Part shown: piece by piece, positions 31,680-32,000 of the stretch
How the letters are laid out: each line of letters starts with the position of its first letter
Numbering within the stretch: position 1 is the first letter of the stretch
Assembly: GCA_963718045.1 (NCBI GenBank)
Contig: OY970350.1
Span: 480,001 to 512,000, forward strand
DNA: 32,000 bases
Direction of reading: 5' to 3'
Source of the DNA: Candidatus Saccharimonadota bacterium
Lineage (GTDB): Bacteria; Patescibacteriota; Saccharimonadia; Saccharimonadales; UBA4665
Notes under the pieces: generated by a model
What the model saw: the letters and a program-made list of their open reading frames with translations, nothing else
Database searches by the model: none
Told to the model about the DNA's origin: nothing
Program-made: the position numbers and the translations under genes

Positions 31680-32000
31680 CTATTCGCCTTCAATATCTCT
31701 TTCGTTAAATCTTAGAGCACCAATCAATATAAATACTATGGCTATAGCTACAATAATTAGATTTACTGACCAATTAGGATTAACGCTTGGCGCCAGAGAT
31801 ACCTGGTGCAGAAGCGAAGTGTCAAGCAGCCAGTGATTCAATTTAAGTCCAGTGCCGACCAGTTCAATTAGCAGTGACCAAACTAGAACTGCATAAGCAG
31901 CTATGGAAGTCAGTCGGGGATAAAAACCGAAAACCAAAATACCAACCCCAATTAGAAATACAGCCGGGACCAAGGCGTTAATGCTGGCTAAAGTGAGAGT
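31680..32000 (-). CDS. C-terminal part of a polytopic membrane protein (ABC-2-type permease-like); the 5' end lies beyond the right edge of the window
   Basis: The frame stays open upstream of the track's TTG start through position 32000 (…TLTLASINALVPAVFLIGVG…). It shows 3 TM segments and ends …RFNERDIEGE. Confidence 0.5.
   Translation of the reverse strand, partial: TLTLASINALVPAVFLIGVGILVFGFYPRLTSIAAYAVLVWSLLIELVGTGLKLNHWLLDTSLLHQVSLAPSVNPNWSVNLIIVAIAIVFILIGALRFNERDIEGE

Noticed and set aside
1-32000. CRISPR arrays, tRNA/rRNA genes, IS elements or MITE-like dispersed repeats
   Set aside because: Scanning the intergenic regions by eye showed no regularly spaced direct repeats. There were no tRNA T-arm/acceptor signatures (for example GGTTCGAATCC-like), no transposase-like ORFs, and no long sequence shared between intergenic regions beyond short AT-rich coincidences such as ACTAATT.

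Overview
This is a gene-dense, AT-leaning bacterial chromosomal segment read with the standard genetic code. I found about 35 protein-coding genes. I found no rRNA, tRNA, CRISPR array, transposase or integrase. The content is mostly transport and regulation. Transport genes: a truncated DHA2 MFS pump, a DrrAB-like ABC-2 pair, a heterodimeric ABC exporter pair, an L-lactate permease, a Fet4-like iron permease and a P3-like P-type ATPase. Regulators: a WhiB-like protein, LysR, two AbrB/SpoVT-like mini-proteins, Crp/Fnr, a PAS histidine kinase, two receiver-only response regulators and a divergent sigma-70. Other recognisable genes are actinobacterial-type inositol-3-phosphate synthase (ino1) next to glmS, a YecD-like isochorismatase-family protein, VKOR, a DUF998-like membrane protein, HdeD/DUF308, and a TraD/VirD4-like P-loop ATPase with no other secretion genes nearby. 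Several hallmarks are Actinobacteria-like: WhiB, M. tuberculosis-type Ino1, unfused VKOR, and many apparently leaderless genes. The low GC, the divergent sigma factor and the orphan TraD-like ATPase would also fit a Patescibacteria/Saccharibacteria-type genome, so lineage cannot be settled from this window. I cannot point to one clear-cut novel multi-gene system. The best candidates are: (a) the ino1 / abrB-like / glmS locus with its palindromic operator; (b) the sigma factor plus N-domain-TM-ATPase tandem; (c) the 21.9-25.9 kb signalling patch, with orphan small genes, an octapeptide-repeat receiver protein and a roughly 0.4-0.5 kb structured non-coding gap; (d) a recurrent TAnnnT-N6-8-ATG leaderless architecture. 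Five small ORFs below the track cutoff (43-56 aa) and several revised start codons come from my own reading.
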